A stretch of 64,000 nt of DNA from Minisyncoccia bacterium. GTDB taxonomy: Bacteria; Patescibacteriota; Minisyncoccia; UBA6257; GWB1-50-10. Of the stretch, positions 38,918-47,722 are shown in pieces; position 1 is the stretch's first letter; the number at the start of each line of letters is the position of its first letter. Location: positions 20,642 to 84,641 of the forward strand of contig JBEKVQ010000001.1 in the NCBI GenBank assembly GCA_049997815.1. The letters are read 5' to 3'. Under the pieces are notes generated by a model that was not told where the DNA came from, did not search any database, and worked only from the letters and a program-made list of their open reading frames with translations. Made by a program: the position numbers and the translations under genes.

Positions 38918-39400
38918 TTATTGAACGATTATTTTCCCCGTGAGTTGAGCATGCAAATGGTCATGATAATCCCAGCTCCCGATTTTTTCGAATTTGAACG
39001 ACCATGATGAACCCGGCGGAATGCCGCCACAAGCATCAAAAGCAACGCCGGCATTATCCGGACAATGTTCCTGAAGCGTTGTGCCGCTATAAACCGCGTG
39101 GGTCGGATGTACTCCCGAGGCCGGCCAAAAATCGAACGAACTCGAATTTTTAAAAATTACCGTCGCGCCTTTCTGAACCGTTAGAACATTTGGGCTGAAA
39201 CCGTTGTCATTGAAATTGATTATGGGGCTGGAATCCTGATTCGTTCCCCGGGGGACGGTATTCACGGTTACCGGATTGGAATCCAGGGGCGGATTCAGGG
39301 GTGGTGTTAGTCCTGTATTTTTTTCGCTCCGGCTCAATAGGATAAAGCCAAGCGCCAAGACGACGATAACTATGGCTGAGATTGCATATTTTTTAGGCAT
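38918..39400 (-). CDS. membrane-anchored small beta-sandwich protein, possibly cupredoxin-like
   Basis: N-terminal TM helix. Conserved His/Cys positions (HPTH, C, HDHLH) hint at metal binding, but this is tentative. Confidence 0.35.
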   Translation of the reverse strand: MPKKYAISAIVIVVLALGFILLSRSEKNTGLTPPLNPPLDSNPVTVNTVPRGTNQDSSPIINFNDNGFSPNVLTVQKGATVIFKNSSSFDFWPASGVHPTHAVYSGTTLQEHCPDNAGVAFDACGGIPPGSSWSFKFEKIGSWDYHDHLHAQLTGKIIVQ

Positions 39401-39776
39401 AATTTATTTTGTTTCCTGTTATTTTATTCTACCATTTTTAGGGGCATTTCCGAATTACATTGGTGCCTAGGGCCTAGCCAAAACGAAACCACCCCCAAGG
39501 GGGTGGTTGGTCACAAAGTTATACTCTGCGGCTCTTCCTTCTCTTCGGCTTGGCCGCCTTTCTTTTCTTTGCCATTTTAGTTTTATTTTTTGGGCTAACG
39601 CCTTTATTTTCGGAGCTGATGTTGGATTGTCGACCACCAACCACGTCAGTTCCATAGCAACCTGCTATTCTAAGTTAATTATACACTAAAAAATTTTTAA
39701 AAACTGTGGATAACTCTGATTTTCCGATTCATCGCGAAAATTTTTCTGAAAATGAGGAAAGAATACATTATTGCGT

Positions 39777-39795
39777 TCGTTTTTATTGCGGAGGG
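39777..39795. repeat. 19-bp direct repeat tgcggagggtagaggattc (island-distal att-like copy)
   Basis: Identical to 58088-58106, which is the 3' end of tRNA-Ser(CGA). Degenerate similarity to the tRNA continues for a few more bases. Confidence 0.6.
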
Positions 39796-39915
39796 TAGAG
39801 GATTCTCCCTCGCCTCTCGGCTTCGCCTCGGGCTGGGCACCGCCTCGCGTGCCTTCGGCACATGCTCCGGCGTTCTAATCATCACGCGAGCCGAGCAGTC
39901 GGCTCACTTACCCTC
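39777..39915 (-). other. GC-rich tRNA-Ser-like structured remnant at the island junction
   Basis: The ends (gcggagggtag ... ttaccctctcgca) mimic the acceptor arm of tRNA-Ser(CGA). The interior holds GNRA/UUCG-type hairpins (gtgccttcggcac; gagccgagcagtcggctc). A terminator-like hairpin gacgccg-ttta-cg-cggcgtc follows at 39931-39950. Confidence 0.3.
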
Positions 39916-40403
39916 TCGCAAAATTAAGACGCCGTTTACGCGGCGTCATTTTGCGGTGTGTCTCGGTTTAGGACCAAGACCGCTTGAATCAGTATAAGGC
40001 TTCTTTGGGGGTCGTTCAATTTCTGGGAATTGAGGCGTCAAGGTCTGGGGTTAAAACCAGACTCCGAACAGACGGAAAGATGACCAAACACCTAAGGAGA
40101 TAAGAGTGGCTGCAGTGAGGACATATGCAATCCCGAATTCAATTTTTGGATGGATATATATGCCCAATTTTTCACAAATAGCTCTAATCAACGCACGATA
40201 GGTCCAATGTGTGATGCTTCCGATCAAGCTGTTAATCAGAGAAAATATGTTTCTTGTTCGCCTCATTTGAGGAGAATATGACCAAATTAGGTCAGGGTCA
40301 AATGAGACAAATGGGACACCGAAAGGGTATTTCGCGCCCTATCTCATTTCGCTTGGTTGTATCCAAAAAGCCAAAAAATGCCAATTTTTTACGCCCCTCT
40401 ATA

Positions 40404-40880
40404 TTATATAATCCTGCACTCCATGAGGTGACGACAGAGCGCCTCCCGGCTCACAATATATTTTGTTGAGAGTTTATCGAGGTCGGGTTCTTTTTTATAA
40501 TCCGCCCGAAGGAACGCAAGCGGCATCAGGAGTTCGGCGGCGAATTGACTGGCTTCCGCTTCCGGATTGTCCTCGATATTTGGGCCACCGCAGGTGTGCC
40601 CCAGCATGAGGTGGCCGATCTCGTGCGCGATCGTGAATCGCCTCCTCACCCACGCCGTGTCGGGATTGAAGCCGATCGTCGGATAGCCATTAATCATCAC
40701 CAAAAGCCCGTCCACGGCCTTCAACGGAAAACGCAGCACTTCCAAATCGTGCCGCGCTTTCAAATACCGGATAATCTTCGGCAAGAAAATCGGGATTTCC
40801 CCGGCCCGGGCATCCTTGAGAAGCTTCCGGGCGATGTTCCGTATCACGCCTACGCTAGCCCTGACCTCTGTCCTTTCCAT
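40404..40880 (-). CDS. ImmA/IrrE-family zinc metallopeptidase (DUF955)
   Basis: HEIGHLMLGH HExxH motif. Immediately downstream of, and overlapping, an XRE HTH gene, the ImmR-ImmA arrangement of mobile elements. Confidence 0.7.
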   Translation of the reverse strand: MERTEVRASVGVIRNIARKLLKDARAGEIPIFLPKIIRYLKARHDLEVLRFPLKAVDGLLVMINGYPTIGFNPDTAWVRRRFTIAHEIGHLMLGHTCGGPNIEDNPEAEASQFAAELLMPLAFLRADYKKEPDLDKLSTKYIVSREALCRHLMECRII

Positions 40881-41208
40881 GGCGTTTTTCGGCGAGCTCG
40901 ATGAAATGGAGGACCGCCGCCTTATCCTCGTCGGTCAAATTCTTGCTCGCCCGGAGAGCCACTTTTAAATCCATCTTTTTACCCTCCTGACCGAGAAAAT
41001 ATCCGATGTTCTGGTGGAGAACCTCGGCTGCTTTCTGCAAATCTTCGGCCTTGAATCGGCGTTCTCCGGCCTCGATCAAGGACACGGCGGTCGCCGATTC
41101 ATATCCCAATTCCTTGGCGAATTGGGCTTGGGAAAGCCCGGCTTTCTCCCGAGCCTCCCGCAGGCGCTTGCCGATCTCGACGTTCAAGTCCTCACCTTTC
41201 ATAGGCAT
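40855..41208 (-). CDS. XRE-family HTH transcriptional regulator (ImmR-like)
   Basis: IGKRLREAREKAGLSQAQFAKELGYESATAVSLIEAGER is a canonical HTH_3. Confidence 0.75.
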   Translation of the reverse strand: MPMKGEDLNVEIGKRLREAREKAGLSQAQFAKELGYESATAVSLIEAGERRFKAEDLQKAAEVLHQNIGYFLGQEGKKMDLKVALRASKNLTDEDKAAVLHFIELAEKRHGKDRGQG

Positions 41209-41252
41209 GATTATATATTAGCACATTGATATGTTATCCCCATCAGATTGAT

Positions 41253-41281
41253 TTGACAACGGATTAGCATTTTGGTAAACT
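41253..41281 (+). promoter_or_regulatory. putative sigma-70 promoter in the divergent immR / ParB-MTase intergenic region
   Basis: TTGACA (41253-41258), a 17-nt spacer ending in TGG, then TAAACT (41276-41281). Confidence 0.35.
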
Positions 41282-41305
41282 TATATTACCATAACGATAA
41301 ATACC

Positions 41306-42586
41306 ATGTTGCCCAAAAACATTAAAATAGAGCAGGTGCCAGTGAAGGACCTAAAACCCGCCGCGTATAACCCGAGGAAATGGGATGAAAAGGCCCTCGC
41401 TGACATGAAAGAGAGCATTTCCCGCTTCGGCCTCTGCGACCCCCTGATCGTGAACGGGGCTCCGGCACGGAAGAACGTCGTGATCGGCGGCCATCTCCGG
41501 CTGAAGGTCGCGACGCTTCTAGGACACGCCGAGGTGCCCGTCGTCTATCTGAACATTCCGGAGATCGAGCGGGAGAAAGAGCTGAATCTGAGATTGAACA
41601 AAAATGTCGGCGCGTGGGACGAAGAACTCTTGAAGGCGTTTGACACGGATCTCCTCCTCGATGTTGGGTTCACGCCGGACGAACTGAATTCGTTCTTCGA
41701 CGACGTGCTTGAGATTTCTGACGATGGCTTTGATGTTGAAGAAGAGCTCGCAAAAATCACCAAGCCGGAGACGAAGCCCGGCGACTTGTACCAACTGGGC
41801 GGCCATCGCCTGCTCTGCGGCGATGCGCTCGACCCCGCGCAGGTCGCGAAGCTCATGGATACGGAACGCGCTCACATGATATTTTCCGATCCGCCGTACA
41901 ATATCGCCCTCGACTACAGGAAGGGCATCGGCACCAAAGGCAAATACACGACGGAGAAATTGGTCAACGATAGCAAGGGAACAAAAGAATATGAAACGTT
42001 TCTCGGGGACGCGCTCAGGAACGCACTCACCGCGAGCCGGCCCGACGCGCACATCTTCTTCTGGTGCGATGAAAAGTACGTGTGGCTGCTCCAGACGCTC
42101 TATGAGAAGTACGGCGTGGCGAACCGGCGGCTTTGCCTCTGGGTCAAAAACAACTTCGACCCCACGCCGCAGGTGGCGTTCAACAAAGTGATTGAACTGT
42201 GCGTATACGGCACGAAAGGCAGCCCCGCGCTCAATCCGAGCATCCGGAATCTTTCCGAGGTGCTGAACAAGGAAGCGAACTCCGTCGGCCTCTACGACGA
42301 CCTCATGTCAATCGTCCAGCTCTGGCTCGTGAAGCGGGACACGACGACCGACTACGAGCACCCCACCCAGAAGCCGATCACGCTCTGCGAAAAGCCAATC
42401 AAGCGGTGCAGTGCGCCGGGCGACATAATCCTCGACCTCTTCGGCGGGTCGGGCAGCACTCTGATCGCCGCAGAACAATTGAAGCGCCGGGCATTCCTCG
42501 TCGAGATCGACCCGACCTTCTGCGACCTCATCGTCCGCCGATGGGAGCATTCCACCGGAAGCCATGCCAAACTCATCAAAAAATAA
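41306..42586 (+). CDS. ParB-like nuclease domain fused to an N6-adenine/N4-cytosine DNA methyltransferase
   Basis: N-terminal ParB/Srx region (LKPAAYNPRKW...LIVN...GGHLRLKVA). MTase motif IV FSDPPYNI and motif I DLFGGSGSTLIAAEQ (beta-class order). Confidence 0.8.
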   Translation: MLPKNIKIEQVPVKDLKPAAYNPRKWDEKALADMKESISRFGLCDPLIVNGAPARKNVVIGGHLRLKVATLLGHAEVPVVYLNIPEIEREKELNLRLNKNVGAWDEELLKAFDTDLLLDVGFTPDELNSFFDDVLEISDDGFDVEEELAKITKPETKPGDLYQLGGHRLLCGDALDPAQVAKLMDTERAHMIFSDPPYNIALDYRKGIGTKGKYTTEKLVNDSKGTKEYETFLGDALRNALTASRPDAHIFFWCDEKYVWLLQTLYEKYGVANRRLCLWVKNNFDPTPQVAFNKVIELCVYGTKGSPALNPSIRNLSEVLNKEANSVGLYDDLMSIVQLWLVKRDTTTDYEHPTQKPITLCEKPIKRCSAPGDIILDLFGGSGSTLIAAEQLKRRAFLVEIDPTFCDLIVRRWEHSTGSHAKLIKK

Positions 42587-43328
42587 AATATGGAAACTGG
42601 GAAATCATCGGTTGCTCCTCGGAGATGCCGCAAAGCAAGAGGATATTGCCCGGGTTTTGGGTAAAGAAAAGGCATCTCTCTTGCTCACCGACCCGCCCTA
42701 CGGCGTGGGCTACGTCGAAGGCAAACAGGAATTTCTGGCGATCATCCACAAAGGAAGCGGCGGCGCAAAGTTTTCCGCCATTGCGGGCGATTCCCCCGAA
42801 GATGACTACTACAACTTTTCCCTCCGGTGGCTCGAGGCCGTGCGGCCGCACCTCGCGGAGAAAAACAGCTTCTATATCTTCAATGGCGACACGAAGCTGC
42901 GGGAACTTTTAAACGCCCTTTATGATGCCCGCTATGTAAAGTCCGCGCTGCTCATCTGGATCAAAAACCATCTCGTCATCGGCCGCAAGGATTACCATCC
43001 CCAGCACGAACTTATCGTCTACGGCTGGTACGGCAGGCATGCTTTCTTCGGACAAAAAGACAAAAGCGCCCTCTTTTATCCCAAGCCGCAAAAGAGCACG
43101 CTCCATCCCACCATGAAACCGCCCGCCCTCCTGCGGCGGCTCATCTACCATTCAAGCCAGCCGGGAGACGCGGTGCTCGATCCCTTCGGCGGGTCGGGTT
43201 CCACCCTGATCGCCTGCGAGCATCTCAGCCGAAGGTGCTTCATGATCGAGCGCGATGAGGGATATTGCCGGACCATCATCGACCGGTGGCAGAAGCTTAC
43301 CAAACAAAAGGCCAAATCACTCGCATGA
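42564..43328 (+). CDS. DNA methyltransferase (beta-class N6A/N4C), paralogue of the preceding MTase domain
   Basis: LGNHRLLLGDA (compare LGGHRLLCGDA in the previous gene), LTDPPYGVGY, DPFGGSGSTLIACE. Overlaps the upstream gene by 23 bp. Confidence 0.8.
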   Translation: MPNSSKNKIWKLGNHRLLLGDAAKQEDIARVLGKEKASLLLTDPPYGVGYVEGKQEFLAIIHKGSGGAKFSAIAGDSPEDDYYNFSLRWLEAVRPHLAEKNSFYIFNGDTKLRELLNALYDARYVKSALLIWIKNHLVIGRKDYHPQHELIVYGWYGRHAFFGQKDKSALFYPKPQKSTLHPTMKPPALLRRLIYHSSQPGDAVLDPFGGSGSTLIACEHLSRRCFMIERDEGYCRTIIDRWQKLTKQKAKSLA

Positions 43329-43717
43329 ACACGGATAGCGATGACAATACCAAAACGCCGAACGTCTACAAGAAGCGCGAATTCGAATCGTATGTCTTGT
43401 GGCGGTCGATGCCTTCGATCCTGCGCGGCCAGCCGCGGCACGTTATCGAAAGGCTGGGCATCGACGACGAGCTCGCCATATCGCTCCTCGATATCAAGAA
43501 CCAGACCGAATTCGCCCAGCGCTTCGGAATCAAGGACTTGGGGACCTTGACCGAGTGGAACAAGAAGATCGAGGAGGCGGGCGGCCTCATGAAGAGCATC
43601 CACCTCTGGGCGAAGCGGCTCACCCCGAATGTGGTCTCGGCCCTCTACCGCGAGGCCACGAAAACCGGGCGGGCAGCCGAAGTCAAAGCGTGGATGGAAA
43701 TAGTCGAAGGAATGTAA
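43325..43717 (+). CDS. hypothetical protein (130 aa)
   Basis: ATGA start/stop overlap with the MTase gene. Predicted helical. No motif recognised. Confidence 0.4.
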   Translation: MNTDSDDNTKTPNVYKKREFESYVLWRSMPSILRGQPRHVIERLGIDDELAISLLDIKNQTEFAQRFGIKDLGTLTEWNKKIEEAGGLMKSIHLWAKRLTPNVVSALYREATKTGRAAEVKAWMEIVEGM

Positions 43718-43725
43718 CCAACACC

Positions 43726-43938
43726 ATGGATCAAGCAAACAAAAACAAAGTGCTGACGATCGACGAGGCGGCGGCCATTCTTTCCGAGACGCTCGAAGAG
43801 GTGACTCAGCGGAAAACCTCCCTGCGCCGGGCGATGACGATCTCGCGCCTCGCGCTTGCGCTCGCGAAGGTCGCAGAGATCAAAGACCTCAAGGACCGGG
43901 TCGAGTTTCTTGAGCAGGCGTTAAAGAAAAGGAAATGA
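43726..43938 (+). CDS. hypothetical small coiled-coil protein (70 aa)
   Basis: Tightly packed in the operon. Heptad-like helical sequence. Confidence 0.35.
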   Translation: MDQANKNKVLTIDEAAAILSETLEEVTQRKTSLRRAMTISRLALALAKVAEIKDLKDRVEFLEQALKKRK

Positions 43939-43939
43939 C

Positions 43940-45787
43940 ATGAAAAACATTTTGAACATATTGAGCCGGGAGAACAATCTCACGCCGCGGGAAAAGTTTC
44001 TCCTCTTGGTCAAAAACGACACCCAAAAAGCCAAAACCGGCAAAGACATGCTGACCGAGGCCGACAAAGAAGCGCTCGAAAACTGGCATGCCAAGACGAG
44101 CGAGGAAGCCCGAGAATGGAACCAGTTAAACGAGGGCTGGAAATACGGCGGCCGCATGGACATCGAGGCCGAGTTTGCCTATAAAGACGCCCAGGTGGCC
44201 TACCTGTCTCAGCTGCCCATCATCGTCGACCTTTTATATTACCCGGGAGATCGGCGGATGGGCTCCTGCATCGATGGCCTCAAGCGCCTCAAAAAAGTGA
44301 CGATAGACGAGGCGGTCGCGATCGCCCAAAAGCAGAAAGCGGCAAAACTCAGCGAAGGCTTGGATTTTGAATATGCCGTCTATCAACTAGCCTTTGAACT
44401 TTTGAGCGATGATGACAAAAAAAGCATGAAAGCGCTTTACGAGGACGTAGAGTTCGATCATCAGTATCTCGATCAGGAGGAAATCATCGCCCACCTCTAC
44501 CACGGCCGAAAAACACTGAGCCGGGAAGCGAAGGAAAAACTGGCTGAGCTCGTAGCCGAGCAGAGTTACAACGGGTTTGCTAAGGAGTACCAGCTGTTCC
44601 ACTATTTCGCCTGCATTCCCGTCCTTGAGGTGGCGAGATACTATCTCAAGCACCACGGAATCGAAATTGCGGGCGCACCCATGCCAAAAAATCAAGAAGC
44701 GCAGGATGGGGATGAAGACACCCACAATGCGGTAATGAAAGCTATGCAAAAATACGCCGAGGAGCATGGCATCACCATCAAGGCCATGCTACGCGAAGCC
44801 TGCCTCCGGTGGATTGACGAAGACCTCCTTGAGGAATATCTGCCCCTTGCGGCAAGCAACAGCGCGGACCTTTTGGAGAGGTGGTTTGGGAGCAAGGGCG
44901 AGGCCCGGAAAATCTTGCTCAAGCACGTTCAATCGGGCGAACTCGCCTTTAGAGACCGGACGGATAAGGAAACTAGGAAGGAAAAATTGTATAGCAAGGG
45001 TCTTGGCGACCGCGAGGCTGAATCGGCCCGGATGGCTCTGGAGAACTTCAACCTCAAGCCCATCCTCAAGGGGGAGCTTGACGAGAAAGTCGCCTTTGAG
45101 ACATTCAGTGATAGAGTCATTACTGGTGAAAGCCTCTATGCGTTCACCGGAAATTATCGGTTTGTTAAGGAATTCAAAAAACGGGTCGATACCTACGATG
45201 CCAACCTGGGTCTCGTCTACGCCGAGAGCGACCCCGAACAAAAAGGCGAACACCTCGACCAGGAGCTTCTGATCTGCGACCTGACCGATAAAGGCGAGGC
45301 CGCCCCTTTCAGCTTCTACGGCATCAATATGACGCTGCTCTCGAGCATCTTCCGAGGACACTCCTTATTCGAAGAATTCCGGAAAAACGGCAAACTCTGG
45401 ATCAGATTCAAGAATGCGGAGATACAAAAGACGTTTATGGAACGGAGGCAAACGCTCATGGATGGGTACGCAAATCTGCTTGCGATCGAGGGTGTTTTCA
45501 AAAAACTCTCCCCGATGTACGAGATCGATATGGCCGAGCATGTCTCCGGCCGGCTCGCCACGGTACGGGAGTTCATCGAACAGTACAACCAGGCGGTGCG
45601 CACAGCGACGAACACCGACGACAAATCGCGGAAATCAAAAAACACTTTCCTTCAAGAGAAAGAGGAAATGCTGTTTGAAGACGACATAGTGATCGATATC
45701 GACGCTATAGAACCGAACCACGACATCGTGGGGGAACATGAAGCGAAACTGAGAGGGATTTTCCCCGTCTTCGGCGACGGTCGGTAA
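43940..45787 (+). CDS. hypothetical protein (615 aa), no recognisable domain
   Basis: Long uninterrupted ORF, translationally coupled to the preceding small genes. Acidic and helical-rich. Confidence 0.5.
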   Translation: MKNILNILSRENNLTPREKFLLLVKNDTQKAKTGKDMLTEADKEALENWHAKTSEEAREWNQLNEGWKYGGRMDIEAEFAYKDAQVAYLSQLPIIVDLLYYPGDRRMGSCIDGLKRLKKVTIDEAVAIAQKQKAAKLSEGLDFEYAVYQLAFELLSDDDKKSMKALYEDVEFDHQYLDQEEIIAHLYHGRKTLSREAKEKLAELVAEQSYNGFAKEYQLFHYFACIPVLEVARYYLKHHGIEIAGAPMPKNQEAQDGDEDTHNAVMKAMQKYAEEHGITIKAMLREACLRWIDEDLLEEYLPLAASNSADLLERWFGSKGEARKILLKHVQSGELAFRDRTDKETRKEKLYSKGLGDREAESARMALENFNLKPILKGELDEKVAFETFSDRVITGESLYAFTGNYRFVKEFKKRVDTYDANLGLVYAESDPEQKGEHLDQELLICDLTDKGEAAPFSFYGINMTLLSSIFRGHSLFEEFRKNGKLWIRFKNAEIQKTFMERRQTLMDGYANLLAIEGVFKKLSPMYEIDMAEHVSGRLATVREFIEQYNQAVRTATNTDDKSRKSKNTFLQEKEEMLFEDDIVIDIDAIEPNHDIVGEHEAKLRGIFPVFGDGR

Positions 45788-45840
45788 CGCAGAAATCCCA
45801 GCCAACGACCCCTTGCGGTACCCGAACTGGATCGAGTGGT

Positions 45841-46905
45841 TTAGGGCGATTCTAACCGAGAGTCATTCCAGTAATCGTGAGACTGAAACCAAAACTCGTT
45901 TTTCAGCCTCTCGCTCAATCTTCGTGTGTTGGCGTGAGACAGAACGCCGAGATATGACTGAATGGACTGCTCGAAACTCAGCTTAGAGATTTTTCTAGTC
46001 TCGTATTTTTTCATCCTTTCTTCCATTTTTTTAAACATCCTATGTTTGGTTTTTGACCGGATGAGTCTGTGGTGAGGGAAAATAACATAGCCAAGGAAAT
46101 CCACTCCTTGACATACTGAACGAAGTATGCTTTTATTAGGATGTAACTTAAGTGCGAGTTCATTTTCAAGAAATTCAGAGATCGGATTCAGAAGCTTTTC
46201 CAATTCTTCGGGGCTTTCCGAGACCAGGGCGAAATCATCGGTGTAGCGGACGTAGTGTTTTACTTTCAACCTATGCTTCACAAACTGATCAAGTTCGTTC
46301 ATATAGACATTGGCAAAGAGCTGGGAGGTCAGATTCCCTATGGGGATGCCCTTCCCCGGTGCACTCTCGTAACTCCTCACAATAGACTCCAAAAGCCACA
46401 GCGCATCAACGTCTTTGATGCGTTTTTTGATTATGGAAAGCAGGATTTCGTGGCTAACGGAGTCAAAGAACTTCCGGACATCACATTTCAGTACAAAACA
46501 GGGATGAGTGTTGTTCCGGCTTACTTCCCTCATAATCTTCTCCAAAACTTCCACCCCTTTATGAGTGCCAAAACCCACCCGACACGAAAACGAAGTTGGA
46601 ATGAAGGTCGGCTCGAAGACCGGGTTCACGACCGAGAAGACTGCGTGATGGAGAATCCGATCCCGAACCGTGGCCTTGTGGATATGACGCAGTTTTGGGT
46701 CAGTGATGTAAAAGCCTTTATACGGACCATGCTTATAGGTCTTACTTTTCAAATCCCGGTGAAGTTGAAAAATATTTCGCTCAAGATTCCATTCGAAACT
46801 CTGGACATCCGGCTTACCCCGCTTATCGCTCTTGAACGAATCCCAGGCCGAGAAGAGGTTCTCCGGCGAGATAATTCTTTCAAAAATGTTTTTATAGATC
46901 TTCAT
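45841..46905 (-). CDS. diversity-generating retroelement reverse transcriptase
   Basis: RT motifs including GIPIGNLTSQLFANVYM (the DGR-specific I/LGxxxSQ in place of the group II QG...) and YVRYTDDFAL (YxDD). Only 354 aa, with no maturase or endonuclease domain. Confidence 0.8.
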   Translation of the reverse strand: MKIYKNIFERIISPENLFSAWDSFKSDKRGKPDVQSFEWNLERNIFQLHRDLKSKTYKHGPYKGFYITDPKLRHIHKATVRDRILHHAVFSVVNPVFEPTFIPTSFSCRVGFGTHKGVEVLEKIMREVSRNNTHPCFVLKCDVRKFFDSVSHEILLSIIKKRIKDVDALWLLESIVRSYESAPGKGIPIGNLTSQLFANVYMNELDQFVKHRLKVKHYVRYTDDFALVSESPEELEKLLNPISEFLENELALKLHPNKSILRSVCQGVDFLGYVIFPHHRLIRSKTKHRMFKKMEERMKKYETRKISKLSFEQSIQSYLGVLSHANTRRLSERLKNEFWFQSHDYWNDSRLESP

Positions 46906-46924
46906 AAAAGGTATTCAATAACCT

Positions 46925-47275
46925 ATGGATGATTTCGACATTCCGATATTCAAAAAATCATACGAACTTTACAAAACGTTCTATGGATACCGTACCATTA
47001 TTGCCAAGCAGGACAGATACGCCATATGGCAGAGATCCGAGGATACAACCTTGGAGATTCTCGAAGGGATCCTTGCAGCCAGTCAGGCGTATAAAACGGA
47101 CAAACTACCAGCCCTTGAGAAAGTCAGTCTCAAACTGAACATTCTGCGCGTCTTTCTTCGGCTCATGAAAGAGGTAAAAACGCTGGATAATAAGAAGTAC
47201 ATCGCGCTCCAGTCGCTCGTGGATGAGATCGGGAGAATGCTCGGCGGATGGATTAAATCCACCAAAGAAAGATAG
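46925..47275 (+). CDS. avd: DGR accessory variability determinant (Avd; four-helix-bundle / 23S rRNA IVS-protein family)
   Basis: C-terminus EIGRMLGGWIKSTKER closely parallels BPP-1 Avd EVGRILGSWIARVNRK. Length is 116 aa. A hairpin cccgct-atttt-agcggg follows the stop. Confidence 0.7.
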   Translation: MDDFDIPIFKKSYELYKTFYGYRTIIAKQDRYAIWQRSEDTTLEILEGILAASQAYKTDKLPALEKVSLKLNILRVFLRLMKEVKTLDNKKYIALQSLVDEIGRMLGGWIKSTKER

Positions 47276-47327
47276 GGAGAATGCCCGCTATTTTAGCGGG
47301 TATTCCACCTTCATTGAGGAGTGACTT

Positions 47328-47452
47328 CGAGACGAAGCCGGAAGCCGAACCATAGTTGTCGTTAGCATTGCTGACCCAGTTCGTGTTGAACTTGACCTTG
47401 TCGTCGTTGAACTTGAAGTTCGGGGCGTTGTCGAAATCGCCATCGGCCTCAG
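47328..47452 (-). repeat. DGR template repeat (TR)
   Basis: 125 bp. On the minus strand it reads GAC AAC GCC CCG AAC TTC AAG TTC AAC ..., with 8 AAC codons. Matches the VR except at its adenines. Confidence 0.8.
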
Positions 47453-47722
47453 AAATCATTGCCCTCGTCCATCCACGTCACTGGAAATCAAGGTTTACCG
47501 CTCAATAAGAGCTTATATCCTCTCAATCCTGTATTTTATCCGGCAGCATCTCTAAAAAGAAAACCTGCACCAGACAAGAGCAAGCAGTAATCTCCTCAAT
47601 ACAATACGCTCTTGGAAACCTTGACCTCCAAGATTCTGATTGTTTTTCTCTTCCTTGAAGAGAGAGTTCGGTGACGGCAATCCGTGAACTACCGTTCATG
47701 AACCTAATCTCATTCTGAATTA

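Noticed and set aside
39513-39569. 18-codon minus-strand ORF (MAKKRKAAKPKRRKSRRV) followed by the hairpin ccaccccc-ttg-ggggtgg and a U-run
   Set aside because: It has no SD and in-frame stops lie immediately upstream. Too short to support; the hairpin may simply be a terminator or attenuator.
40051-40266. 71-aa minus-strand ORF as a remnant tyrosine integrase C-terminus (HWTYR)
   Set aside because: It does not match the R..HxxR...Y catalytic pattern. It is short and hydrophobic and probably a chance ORF or small membrane protein.
45841-46905. Group II intron or retron reverse transcriptase
   Set aside because: The protein has no maturase (X) or endonuclease domain, and no intron RNA domains or msr/msd-like structure are evident. 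Motif 4 is the DGR-type IGNLTSQ, and a TR/VR pair plus avd are adjacent.
46255-46932. 225-aa plus-strand ORF antisense to the DGR RT
   Set aside because: The RT on the minus strand has the full ordered motif set, so this is a shadow frame.
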